Source: an uncultured Planctomycetaceae bacterium (GTDB taxonomy: Bacteria; Planctomycetota; Planctomycetia; Isosphaerales; Isosphaeraceae). Taken from it: DNA of 64,000 nt. The stretch spans positions 2,016,001-2,080,000 of the forward strand of contig CAWIAD010000001.1 of assembly GCA_963833985.1 (NCBI GenBank). Reading direction: 5' to 3'. Below are positions 1-11,100 of this stretch, piece after piece; within the stretch, counting starts at the first letter, position 1; every line of letters starts with the position of its first letter. The position numbers were made by a program, and so were the translations under genes. The notes under the pieces are model-generated. The model searched no databases. It saw only the letters and a list, made by a program, of their open reading frames with translations, and was not told where the DNA came from.

Positions 1-1230
1 AATAGGAGAAGGCTTCTCTGCCCAATTAACCGGCTGAAGGTCATTCGCCGGCACCTTCAACAATGCTAGGTCGAAGGCCGGGTCCATTCCGACCACTTCT
101 GCGGCGACAATCAGCCCATCCGACAGCCGACATCTCGGTTGAGCCGGAAGCGTGCTGGCCATTGTCACAATCCACCCATTCGCTTCCACAATCGTCCCGT
201 AGGCGACCTCATGGTCGATCTCGTCGAGGACTGATACGACGCTGGGCCGCGAGTCTCGGATCACATCTTGAAACGCCTTGGCGTTCGCTCGCCCCTGAGT
301 CCACTGCACTCGGGGCAAGATGTTCTCGTCGTTGTCCCGACGGTAGTGGTCATTTAACTGTTGCCAGGCCATCTCGTCGAACGGTGCAATCTCGCGCCGG
401 AGCATTACGTCCAGGTGTCGTCGGATGAACCGACTCGTTGTGCTCGAAAAGGGACCAACTCGTGCGAAGTCGGGGCTGTTCAAGGAGCCCTGCAATTTCG
501 CGGGCACTAGAGAGCTGAGGATGACTCCCACGAGCCGCCCCTCGAGGTCAAAGTACGGGCCACCGGAATCCCCGCCGGTGGTGAAGCAATCGGTAACAAA
601 GAAATCCCTGTTTTGGAACAACACGCGGCCGAGGCGGACGACCGGCGGGCGGTCTGGACGATACCCGAGGGGATGACCGAGCTTGAGCACCCAGTCACCG
701 AGCTCGACGCTCATCGAGAGATCGAGCGAAACGTATGAGTAAGGACCCGGCTCGACGAGTCGTAAAAGGGAGAGGTCGAAGGTTTGATCCGCTCCGAGCA
801 ATTCGGCCTCTTTCTTGCGGCCGTCACTCAAGACGACCATCGTCCGGTCACCAGGCTGGCGAAAGGTGGGAGGTTGCCGACCATCCCAGCCAGGGAATCG
901 ATGACTGACATGGAATTGCGAGAGTATCAGCCCGTCTGCGGTGATGATCACACCAGAGCCATAAGGATGAAAAACGCGAGGCTTCTCCGCTGCCGACGAT
1001 GTCGAGACTACCCGTGGGAGCTCAATCGCCACAACGGCCGGCACTACCCTCTGGCTCGCCGCCTGGACGCGCTGCTGCAAGGAGCGAAGAGCTTCTCGGT
1101 TGGCGGGCGTGCTTGCACAAGTGTCTGGTGCTCGGTCCCGACTTCGGAGCCACATGGCAAGAACCCAAATGGCCAGGACCGCCACCAGGACCGGCAGCTT
1201 CGGTACCCAAAGACGGTGGCGCGGGGACAT
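1..1230 (-). CDS. Secreted/membrane-anchored trypsin-like (S1, HtrA-like) serine protease with a second, degenerate trypsin-like domain; 3' end runs off the window
   Basis: Not in the ORF track (no stop inside the window). Manual translation from ATG 1230 gives MSPRHRLWVPKLPVLVAVLAIWVLAMWLRS (hydrophobic leader), GSGVIITADGLILSQFHV (His), FDLSLLRL (Asp), GDWVLKLGHPLGY, TDCFTTGGDSGGPYFDLEGRLVGV (Ser), then GTIVEANGWIVTMAST...DPAFDLALLKV; open to base 1. Confidence 0.9.
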   Translation of the reverse strand, partial: MSPRHRLWVPKLPVLVAVLAIWVLAMWLRSRDRAPDTCASTPANREALRSLQQRVQAASQRVVPAVVAIELPRVVSTSSAAEKPRVFHPYGSGVIITADGLILSQFHVSHRFPGWDGRQPPTFRQPGDRTMVVLSDGRKKEAELLGADQTFDLSLLRLVEPGPYSYVSLDLSMSVELGDWVLKLGHPLGYRPDRPPVVRLGRVLFQNRDFFVTDCFTTGGDSGGPYFDLEGRLVGVILSSLVPAKLQGSLNSPDFARVGPFSSTTSRFIRRHLDVMLRREIAPFDEMAWQQLNDHYRRDNDENILPRVQWTQGRANAKAFQDVIRDSRPSVVSVLDEIDHEVAYGTIVEANGWIVTMASTLPAQPRCRLSDGLIVAAEVVGMDPAFDLALLKVPANDLQPVNWAEKPSPI

Positions 1231-1296
1231 GACTGGTGCCTCTTGCGGCCGGTAAAACAAACGCGTTGCCCACTAAGGATTCCGCAAGTGCGGAGT

Positions 1297-3532
1297 CCTA
1301 CTTTCTGTACATCCTGCGCAGATTCTCTCCAAGTTTCCGACGCCCTACCAGGTCAATTGTCGTAGGCCATCCGCATGCCCGGCAACCCCAGGATCCGACG
1401 TTGCAGCCGGGTCAGCTTGGTCGTCAAGACCACCGGAGGTTTCTTCCCGACTACCAAGCGGTGGCGTTGCACGTTCTCGAACAGCTCGATCAGTTGCGGG
1501 GTGGTCGGGTGGCGGCAGGATCGGTCCTCCGGATACAAGGGCAAGCTCTCCACCTGGTGCCGGGTCATCGCTCGCCGCAACTCCCGCTCTAACAACGCCT
1601 GGACCAGCAGCAGCAAGAAATACAGGCACAACAAGGCCTGAATTCGACTCACCTCGTTGAGAAAGAGCGGGGCCACTTCGAACTCCGTCTTCAACTGCTC
1701 GAAGCGCTTCTCGATCACCGGCTGACCCTTGTACGCCAGCAGCAACGCCTGTTCCGAGAGCTTCCGGTCGTTGGTGATCAACGGGAAGACCCCGTCACTC
1801 ACCGCTTCCGCGGCCAACGCCGCGTGGTTCAGCTCGTACCTCAGCTCGAAGCGACTCTTCACCTCCCGCCGATACTTCGTCTGGTCATTGGGTCGGCCCC
1901 GCCGCTCTTGGCGGAAGATCTCCTCCTCGCGCTCATCGATCGTCACCTCAATCCGGTCCGTCGTCCCGCGGGCTTGCAAGATCGTCTCCACCGCCTCGGT
2001 CACCCTGGCTCGTTGGCGGTAACGTGTCCGTGGGGAAGTCAGCTTCTGCTGGAGCTCCGCCAGATCGTTCATGGTCCGTTCGAGTTGCCGCGTTCGGGCC
2101 AGGGCGTCCAGTTCCGCCTTGCGCGTGCTGTGATACCAATCCAGCCGATAGCCCTCGTCACTGGTCGCCGCCGGCTCGCTGACGCGGTACCGCTCGACGA
2201 GTTTTCCCTCCTCGTCGTACCTGTCGTGAACCCATCGCCACCGGACCCGGCCTCCGGACAATGCCTCGAGGCGGTCCTCCGACCGGGTACGGGGCAGGAC
2301 GGTGAGAAACCGCCCACCATGACCGTGCACGTAGGTCATGTTCTCGGTGCTGGCCAGTTTGCAGTCGGCCACGTAGAGGGAATCGCGCCGTCCTGTGAGC
2401 TTGCAGAGCAAGTTCCAGGTGGCGCGATGGGTCCGGTCGTCGACGACGCTACCGCTCTTGGCCTGGAAGTAGACCGGGACCCCACCGTCCTGGGCCACGG
2501 TGAGCAGAAAGAGCAACTGCTTGAGATCGGGCCGGTGGTCCTTGTTATGCCCCCAAGTGATCGCCAGTCGGGTTTGCCCACGGCGTTTGATCTCCTGGGC
2601 CGCGTCCAGGTACGCTCCGGAGAAGGTCACCGTGGTCGAGGCGTTGTGCAGTTCATCCAACTCGACGTCGAATTCCGCGACGGCCTGGGTGGCGACCGCC
2701 AAGGCGAGGGAACCACAGTCACTGCGGAAGAGCTGGTCCAGACAGCGGCCGATACAGTCATCATTGAGGGCGGCGAACTGTTGGGGCGCCAGTCCCAACG
2801 CAGCCGCGTCGCAACGAGTGGGCCACTGAGGGACGCCATAGAGCGGTTCGCGGGAGAGCAGCAAGTTCTTGAGCAGGACCATCAGTCCCTGTGCCGGGGC
2901 AATCCGCGATCGCCGATCCTCCGGGGGCAGATCGTCACGGAGGATCGGTTCCAGTCGCAACCGTGTGAGCAAGCGATTGAGGATGGGCAGCAAGCCGAGG
3001 TGGAGTGGAGGGTCCGACAGGCAGCTTGGGCAGTGTCGCCCAGCGGCGGCGTCTTGAGGAGGGGTCGTTTCACGGATCTGACTCCTGGTGGTCTTGCGGG
3101 GTGAGAGCACGACAGATGGGGGGCCACCGCCGCCGGTGCTTCGGGAGCCGGCCCGTAGCAGTTTCCAGGGGCATGATTGCCGGGGACAGGAAGTCGTCAC
3201 GCTGAGAGCAATTATTAAAAATAGTTATCTCGGAAGATCTTGACGTAAATCGGGTACCGCGCGACTTACGTCAAGGGTGCTTGCCGCAAGTCGCGGCGGA
3301 AGACGTCGGGCGCGGTGGCTGGACATTGACAGGGGATAGGACAGGAGCGAAGAGTGCGGCGTCAGAGATACTGAATTGGAGGGAGATTCAGGCCAGGACG
3401 GGGACGGTCGCCGGGCTGGGCGGATTGGCTGGGCGGTCGCCCGCAAGAAGGAGGATTGCCGTTGAACGGCTACCGCCAACCGGCGCGAAAAGAAATTCGG
3501 AGAAAATCGCATCGCGATCTGCGGAAAATAGG
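1297..3532 (-). mobile_element. IS1634-family insertion sequence (decayed)
   Basis: Imperfect terminal inverted repeats CCTACTTTCTGTACA (1297-1311) and revcomp CCTATTTTCCGCAGA (3518-3532), 11/15 identical, enclosing an IS1634-type DDE transposase. No matching target-site duplication seen. Confidence 0.75.
1353..3073 (-). pseudogene. IS1634-family DDE transposase, probably inactive
   Basis: Motifs ITWGHNKDHRPDLKQL, LYVADCKL and YKGQPVIEKRFEQLK. Likely start is GTG 3073 after AGGAG (VKRPLLKTPPLGDTAQAA), in a different frame from the body (shift near 3000). The first catalytic motif reads LHNASTT (Ala where Asp is expected). Confidence 0.8.
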
Positions 3533-3724
3533 GGTGGAAGATTGAATGAAGACGAAATTCCCGCGGTATTGCGAGCCGTTACCTCCGTTCGGACCGCTGC
3601 TGTTGTAGCCGTTGCCGCCCCTTCCGGTGAGCGCCTCGGCGAACGCCATGGTATTGCTCGAACCATCGGTGACGCTCTGGAGGCCGTAGGACTTCCAGAT
3701 GGTGAAAAGTCCGGTGGTTTCCGA
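3533..3724 (-). pseudogene. Internal fragment of a DUF1559 (planctomycete pilin-associated) gene truncated by the IS
   Basis: SETTGLFTIWKSYGLQSVTDGSSNTMAFAEALTG is the typical DUF1559 core (xDGxSNT..xE). The frame runs directly into the IS terminal repeat. No N-terminal prepilin motif or C-terminal H-x-G-G motif is present. Confidence 0.7.
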
Positions 3725-3985
3725 CTGGTGGACATGGAACCCCCCTTGTCGATGACGGATCCAGGTAAGAGCCCACACGTTCGTAGCGAAACTCCACAGG
3801 GCGCATTGCCGATCGTGCCCTGCGTCAGGCTTCCACCTCAGCTTGTGGAAATCACGGTTCGGCCGGAGGGGGCGCCGAACGGTTGCGTGGCTTCCGTGCG
3901 GAAGCATAGCGCCGCCTTTCCGGAGAGCAATCAGGATCCCGGCCGCTATCACGTACACTTCACGAACCGAGGTTCGCGCTGAACC

Positions 3986-4207
3986 TCATCTTCGCCGCTG
4001 GGTCACTGGCTCCTTCGTCTGAGCTTTCTTGTGACGGTCCACGTAGTGGCTTTCCACCTTTGACTTCTGCTTCTCAGTGACAGTGCCAGTCTCCTGGATC
4101 ACCGTGCCCTCCGCGGGCCTGGAATCGCACCCGCACGGGCAGCCCAGAGCCGCCGTCAGGAATGCACACGCAAGTAGATATGAGACATCGAAGCAAGCGA
4201 CGCGCAC
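3986..4207 (-). CDS. Small putative lipoprotein
   Basis: GTG start after AAAGGAG; hydrophobic stretch ending LTAALGC (lipobox-like); short charged tail; 73 aa. Confidence 0.5.
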   Translation of the reverse strand: MRVACFDVSYLLACAFLTAALGCPCGCDSRPAEGTVIQETGTVTEKQKSKVESHYVDRHKKAQTKEPVTQRRR

Positions 4208-4813
4208 AATCCACTCCTTTCGAGACGCAGTGAGAGCGCAGAGATCCCTCGATCGTGGCGGCGAGAGCAGCACGGCCTCCACAAATCACGAGGGGTCGGA
4301 ACGGCGTCGCGTGAGAAGCAGAGAGGCAGTCAGTGTATCCTGGATTGAGAAGACAATGAGCAGTGGTTGATGTATGTTCTGCGAACAAAGCGGCCGCAGC
4401 ACGGCCAGTCGAACTGAGAGGACGCCTTCCCGCTCTGGATCCTGCGCAGGCGGAAGTCAGACCACGCGGAACCGCGCACGGCCTCTCGCTCTCCTCTCGG
4501 GTACGGACACCGCCCCCTCCCTGACTCGCGGCGAGCCTGGCCATGCAGGCGGCCGCGCGCGGTCATCACCGACGGTCCTGGACTGCCTCTTCGACTGCTC
4601 ATGCGTACTCGGAATGCCCGTCACAGCGTGATCACACCAGAGGACTTACTGCGACTTTTCCGGTTTGCCGGCGGGATTCCGCGATGGCATTGAACCTGCG
4701 CGGGGTTCGTGGCGACCTTGATGATGGGCGGCGTCCCGCACACTCCGCCGCTCGGGCCGGTGGCCGACATCCGGCCCGGCTCGTCCCGCGGGTGTCAATG
4801 GCGGAATGCGCCC

Positions 4814-5371
4814 ATGGCGGATAGCCCCCAGCAAGCAGAAGAGACCACGCTCGTGCTCCTGGCTCAACAGGGAGACGGCAATGCGTTCCGTGCCCTGGTC
4901 GAGCGGTACGATCGCCGGCTGCTCTACTTCATTCGGCGAATGCTGAACGAAAGTGAGGATGCCTTCGACGTGCTCCAGGGTGTATGGCTGCACGTGCACC
5001 GGAACCTGCGGCGCTTGCAATCACCGCGTGCCTTCCGGGTGTGGCTGTACCGCATCGCCCACGACCAGTCGATCTCGGCCCTGAGGAGCAATCGCCAGTG
5101 GGTCGACCTCGAATCGCTCCCCGAGGACGAACTGACCAACGGCGAAGTGCCGGAATCGGCCTTCGACGCCGCCGACCTGGTGCACTCCGCACTCCGTTTG
5201 CTGTCGGTGGACCAGCGCCGGGTCCTCACGTTGCATTTTCTTGAAGACATGAGCATTGACGACATCGCGCGCGTTCTCGGGTGCAGTCCCGGGACCGTAA
5301 AATCGCGGCTGCACTACGCAAGGGCCGCGCTGCGTCGTCATATCGAACTCGAGGAGCGCGAAGATGGCTGA
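4814..5371 (+). CDS. ECF sigma-70 factor
   Basis: Region 2 (AFRALVERYDRRLLYFIRRM...DVLQGVWL...FRVWLYRIAHD) and region 4 (LHFLEDMSIDDIARVLGCSPGTVKSRLHYAR). Confidence 0.92.
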   Translation: MADSPQQAEETTLVLLAQQGDGNAFRALVERYDRRLLYFIRRMLNESEDAFDVLQGVWLHVHRNLRRLQSPRAFRVWLYRIAHDQSISALRSNRQWVDLESLPEDELTNGEVPESAFDAADLVHSALRLLSVDQRRVLTLHFLEDMSIDDIARVLGCSPGTVKSRLHYARAALRRHIELEEREDG

Positions 5372-5840
5372 CTCGCTACCACCGGATACTGCTGGATCGA
5401 GGCTGTTAAAGCAGGACGAATGCCTGCACACCCCACGTTACGAGGAGCATCGTATGCAACTGGAACATCGACTGGCACATGCTGAAGCCCGCGAGCTGCT
5501 GGTGAAGCGTGTCGTTGTGGGCGCCCTTCTGGTCGCGGCCGCTGTCTTTCCGGTGCTGGCTTCGCACACCCTCGGGAGCCCCGTCCCGTTCGACAAGGAT
5601 GCGACGGCGTTCTCCATCGCGGCCGGAGCGATCTATACCGCCGCCTGGTTGCTCTTCTTCATCGGCGTGGCATCGTACTACTGGCGATACCTGCCGCGGT
5701 TGCGTCGCACACGCGAGGAACTGCAAGACGAGACGATCCACTCGCTGCGCCAGGAGATCCGCGAGCTGCGCGAGCGTCTGGACAGCCAGCCCCAGGCGCA
5801 GCAGACCCGCCCGGGTGGGCCGGCGAAACACGAGCCGTAA
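5364..5840 (+). CDS. Two-TM membrane protein, putative anti-sigma factor
   Basis: Overlaps the ECF gene end by 8 bp; two hydrophobic helices and a C-terminal coiled-coil-like segment. Confidence 0.65.
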   Translation: MADSLPPDTAGSRLLKQDECLHTPRYEEHRMQLEHRLAHAEARELLVKRVVVGALLVAAAVFPVLASHTLGSPVPFDKDATAFSIAAGAIYTAAWLLFFIGVASYYWRYLPRLRRTREELQDETIHSLRQEIRELRERLDSQPQAQQTRPGGPAKHEP

Positions 5841-5950
5841 GGCATTGCGGCCGCTTGAATGCGTTGTCCCGCCGCGCCAGGAGCCCTGTCCGTGGGGTCC
5901 ACGCGAAGTTGCCCCCTCCCGGAAGATTGCGTGCCTGGCCTTTTCGTATT

Positions 5951-6199
5951 GCCCGCCCGGGCGATGCGCTCGTACCCGGCAATCAGTGTCCCGTCCGCCG
6001 AGCGGATGCTGGCATGGCTCAGCGGCCCATCGCCCGCCAGGCCCGCGAGCGCGGCGAGAATCAGAACGGCGATGACGACCCAGCCGGCGCGCTGCACGGC
6101 CCACTCGCGGTGCTGGTATTCCAGGTTCTGCCCGAAGTCCGCCACCCTCTGGCCGTTTCCTGAACGTGCCTGAGGATCCTCTGCGGCGGGCGCAGTCAT
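5951..6199 (-). pseudogene. Conserved hypothetical membrane protein, apparently 3'-truncated
   Basis: LEYQHREWAVQRAGWVVIAVLILAALAGLAGDGPLS...YERIAR resembles a widespread small membrane-protein family. After ARAG the frame becomes implausible and runs antisense into the 5364-5840 gene. Confidence 0.45.
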
Positions 6200-6214
6200 G
6201 AACACTCTACCGCC

Positions 6215-7733
6215 TCAGGACCCCTTGCTCTTGCCCTTTTCTTGACTCTTCTCGCGCTGCTGGCCAAGGCCGCCGCCGGAGGCCTTGCTTCCCTGGTCCT
6301 CGCCTCCGACCTCGCCGGCTTCCTCGGCGCGCACTGGCTCGCCGTCCTCGATGGAGCCCGTGTAGGAGATGATGACCCGATCGTCCCTGGACAGGCCGGA
6401 GAGCACCTCGACGCGGATGCCGTCGTCGCGTCCGATACGCACTGGCCGCTTCCGTGCCCTGTCGTCCTCAACGACGTACAGGGACCCGGCACCGGCTTCT
6501 TGCTGATGAAGCGCCTTGGACGGAATGGTCAGGTCGTTGCTCGGCGGCTCCAGCAGGATGGACACCGCCCCGTACATTCCCTGTCGCAGCCGTCCGGAGG
6601 GGTTGGGAAGGTCAATCTCGGTACGCATCGTGCGGTTGGTCGGCAGCTCCTGCTCGGAGAAGCGCGCCACCTTTCCCTTGAATTCCTCACCGCCCAGAGC
6701 GTCGATCCGCACGACTGCCTCATCGCCGCGATCGAGCAAGGGCGTATCGCGATCGGGAACGTAAACGACGACGCGCATCAGGTCCGTACGCGCGATGCGC
6801 AGGATCGGGAGCTCGTTGCTTCGGACGGCGTCGCGGATGAAATCACCATCGTGAAAGTTGGCGCTCCGTCACCACGCCCGTGTAGGGCGACATCAGTCGC
6901 ATGTACTGCGCCAGGATCGTGGCCTGGGCCAGCCGTGCTTCGGCGACGCGCTGCTCGGCGCGTTCGCGCTGGATGTCGGCCTCGGCGGTGATCACCAGGG
7001 CAACGTTGCGCGCGAGCTCGGCCTCGGCCGCCTTGACCGCGGCGCGAGCGCGCTCTTCGGCAGCCTTGGCACCCTCGAAGTCTTCCTGCCGTTCATCGGC
7101 CACGCGCTGGTCCACAGTCTGGAGACGCGCCAGTTGCATGTAGCGCAGGTACTCCTTCTCGCGGAAGCGGCGGATGGCCGCGGTCTGGCTGACCTCGGTC
7201 TGCCGGACCGCGATCGCGGCCTCGGCGGCCGTCACGGCGGCCTCCGCGGAAGTCTTTCTCGCCTGGGCCTGCTGCACCGCCGCCTTGGAGCGTTCGACCT
7301 CGGCGGCGGCGAGCTCGACGGCCTGCTGCCGTTCGGGATCATAGATCTCCGCAAGCACCTGGCCCTTCTCGACGGTATCGCCAATATCCACGACCTGTGC
7401 CCGCAGGTAACCCGAGGCCTTGGCATAGAGGTCCGCGTACTGGAAGGCATGCAGCGTCCCGGGCTGAGTGGTGGTCCGCACCAATCCTCCCTGGTGGGGA
7501 GTGACGTACTTGACCCAGAGCGCGGCCCTGTTCTGGGAGCTGCCTTGCCCCGAGGAGCCCTGGTCTTGCGACGAATCTTGCTGCTGGCTGCTGCTGTACC
7601 ACCAGTAGCCGCCAGCCGCCACGGCCGCGACCACCAGGATCACCAGCGTGATGCTCGTCCAGCTCCAGCCGGAATCCGCCGCTTCCGGAGCATCGCGGTC
7701 GTCCGGCTGGTCGACATCACGCTCGGAATCCAT
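6215..7733 (-). CDS. RND efflux periplasmic adaptor (membrane fusion protein), split by one frameshift near 6860
   Basis: TM anchor, ADLYAKASGYL..VDIGDTVEKGQVLAEI, coiled coil, SPYTGVVTER. Removing one base gives ..ER-NFHDGDFI..RTDLMRVVVYVPDRD, joining ORFs 6843-7796 and 6215-6778. Confidence 0.88.
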
Positions 7734-7992
7734 GTCTCGCGAGGAACGGCGTTTCGCATTGCTGGCCACGCTGGCAGCCCCTTTTCTGCGACCCACGCGG
7801 GGACCGAGCCTGCGCCTGCTCCGGCAGGTTTGCCGGCGGATGCTCCACGCTCCAGGGTCTCTCCGGTCGCATCAGGTGAGCCGAGCAAATCTTGCGCCCA
7901 GATTCATCGACGAGTCCAGATCCGGAGACATGAAGACACTCTCGAATTCGGGGAAGTCCGGCGCCGTGCCGCGCGGCCAACTTCTTTGGAAA

Positions 7993-8008
7993 TGGCCCAT
8001 CTTTTGCT
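7993..8008 (+). promoter_or_regulatory. Sigma-54 (-24/-12) promoter upstream of the RND permease
   Basis: TGGCCCATCTTTTGCT: GG-N10-GC with TTGC, about 110 bp before ATG 8120. Confidence 0.6.
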
Positions 8009-8119
8009 TCTGCATTTCACCCATCGTTCGTCTCGCCGCATGTGGAGTGTTCGCGGACAGGAAGCCGCGTTCGCCGTGCGCGCCGGGGCTGTTCTGTCGC
8101 GCTGCTGCCGAGGTGAATC

Positions 8120-11100
8120 ATGAGAGGACTGATCCGGGCTTCGATGATGAACCCCTGGGCCGTCACCGTCTTCGCGCTGGCGATCGTCCTGCTGGGCGGC
8201 ATCTCGGTCTCGCTCATCCCGATTGACATCTTGCCGGTCTTCAAGAGCCCGGCGGTGCAGGTGATGACGTTCTACAGCGGAATGCCTCCGCGGAACGTCG
8301 AACGCGACATCACCAACCGGATGGAGCGGTGGACGGACATGGCGGCCGGCCTGCGCCGCCAGGAGTCGCGGTCGATTCTCGGGGTCAGCGTCGTTCGCGA
8401 TTACTTCTACGAGAACATCACCGAAGGCGAGGCCACATCCTCGGTGCTCTCATGGGCGCAGTCGGTGCTGGCGAACCTGCCGCCAGGGACTCTGCCGCCG
8501 GTCGTCATGCCCTTTGACCCGACGAGCACGACGCCCGCCGCCCTGGTGGCACTGAACAGCCCCTCGGCCGACGAGAAGACTCTCTACGATATTGGCCGGT
8601 ACGAGGTCCGGAACCGCATCATGACGATCCGCGGCGCACTCTCGCCGGTGGTCTTCGGCGGCAAGATCCGCGCCGTGCAGGTGTACATGGACCGCGAGCG
8701 GATGCAGGCCCGGAACATGGCGCCCATCGACGTCTTGCGGGCGGTCGAGATGTCCAACATCTTCCTGCCCACCGGAGAGCTGATCGTCGGCGACATGGAC
8801 TACTTTCTCGACAGCAACTCGATGTTCGAGACGGTGCCGAAGATGGTGGAGATTCCACTTCGCACGGAGCACGGCAACCGGGCGTTCGTGGGCGACGTGG
8901 CCGAGCCGACCGACGACGCCATGATCCAGACCACGATCGTTCGCGTCGACGGCCGCAAGCAGGTGTACATTCCGGTCATGCGTCAGAAAGGTGCCAGCAC
9001 GCTGCGCGTCATCGACCAGCTCCGCGCGAAGCTGCCGGAGATCGAGTCGCGCCTCACCCGCGCCTGCCGGCTCGAGGTGATCATGGACCAGTCCGTCTAC
9101 GTGCGGCAGGCGATCTCGAGCCTGGCGACCGAGGGGATCCTTGGCGCCGGGCTGTGCTCGCTGACGATCCTCATGTTCCTGGGCCGCTGGCGAATGACGG
9201 CCATCGCGGTGATGACGATCCCGCTTTCCGTGCTCTCCGCGATCATCTTCCTGAACCTCTCGGGCCAGTCGATCAACGTGATGACGCTCTCGGGGCTGGC
9301 CCTGGCGATCGGGCCGATGGTCGATAGCGCCATCATCTGCCTGGAGAACACCGACAGGCACCTTGAGCAGGGCCTGCCGCCGAACGTCTCGGCGCTGAAG
9401 GGGGCCAGCGAGGTTGCCCTTCCGGAACTGGTCTCCAGCCTGAGCACGCTGCTGGTGCTCTCGCCGCTGGCGATCATGCCGGGGATGAGCTCGTTCCTTT
9501 TCATGCCCATGACCCTGTCGGTCGCGTTCGCCATGACGACGGCCTACATCCTCTCGCGAACGCTGATTCCTACGTGTGCCGCGGCCTGGCTGAAGCCAAA
9601 GCAGGAGCAGGAAGCGCAAACGGGCGGCCGGCGCGGTTTCATCGGCAGAGCGTTCGACCGCTGGCAGCGGCTCATCGATGACTGGATCAAGGAATACGGC
9701 AAGATGCTGGACTGGGTGCTGGATCATCGCTGGATCACGGTGATCGTCGGCTACGGCCTGCTGGCGCTGGTGCTGCTGGGCCTCACCTTGCCGTTGCGCC
9801 GGGAATTCTTCCCCCAGGCCGACGCGGGCGCGTTCGAGATTTACGTCCGGGCCCCCAGCGGCACCCGCCTGGAAGTGACCAACCGGCGCATCGCCCAGGT
9901 GGAAGACTTCATCAAGCAGCAGATCCCGCCCAAGGACCTGAAGATCCTCGTCTCGGAGATCGGCGTCACGCCCGACTTCTCGGCGGCGTACACGCCCAAC
10001 GCCGGCAAGATGGATACGGTCGTCCGCGTGCAGCTCACCGAACAGCGGGAAAAAGGGTCGTACGAGTATGCCGATCAGCTTCGCAAGGCGTTTCCCACAC
10101 AGGAGCAGTTTCACGACCTGGAGTTCGCCTTCAATGCCGGCGGCCTGATCCGCGGCGCGCTCAACCAGGGAAAGACCACTCCCATCAGCATCCGCGTCAC
10201 GGGCAAGAAGCAAGAGATGGCGCACAAGATCGCCGACGCGGTCCGCCGCAAGGTCGCCAATATCGAGGGCGTGGTCGACTGCCGGATCCTCCAGCGGCTC
10301 GATTACCCCGAGTACATCATCGACGTGGACCGGGCCAAGGCGGCCGACCTGGGGCTGACCCAGGAGGAGGTGATGAAGTGCGTCATCGCGGCTTTCAATT
10401 CGAGCATCCAGTACAACAAGCGCAATTTCTGGATCGATAGCGTGAGCGGCAACCAGTACTTCGTGGGCGTGCAGTACCCGCTGGCGAGCGTGCACTCCGT
10501 GGAAACGTTGCTCGACGTGCCGATCACCGGCATCAACCAGAGCAAGCACGACCGCCGGGTGGTGGTGGAGGGCCCGCCCGGCATCGTCCCGGGACTCGAG
10601 CGCAACGCCGATCACGGCAACCCGGCGCCGGTGCTCTTGAGCACGCTCGTGAAGCTGCGCCGCAGCAGCATCCCGACGGAGATCGATCACGTCGACATCT
10701 CGCCGGCCATCGACCTGAATGTCGGCGTCCACGGCCGCGACCTCGGGCATGTGGCCAACGACATTTACGACGCGATCGATGGGCACTTTGGCAAGCTTCA
10801 TCCGCAGGAGTCGTCCCGCGGTGGCCAGGACGCGGGCACGCGGTGGGACGCCTTCGATCCCGACTCGGACGGCCAGCAGACCCTCGAAGGCACCGAGATC
10901 GAGCTCAGCGGCGAGTACTCGGGCATGATGCAGACGTTCCAGAACCTGGGCATCGGCCTCTCGCTGGCCGTGGTCATCATCTATTTCATGATGGTATCGC
11001 TTGATAAGTCATTCCTGGTGCCGCTGTGCGTGCTGATTGCCGTCCCGCTCATCCTCATTGGCGTCTGGCCGGTGCTCTTTCTCACGGGGACGTCGCTCAA

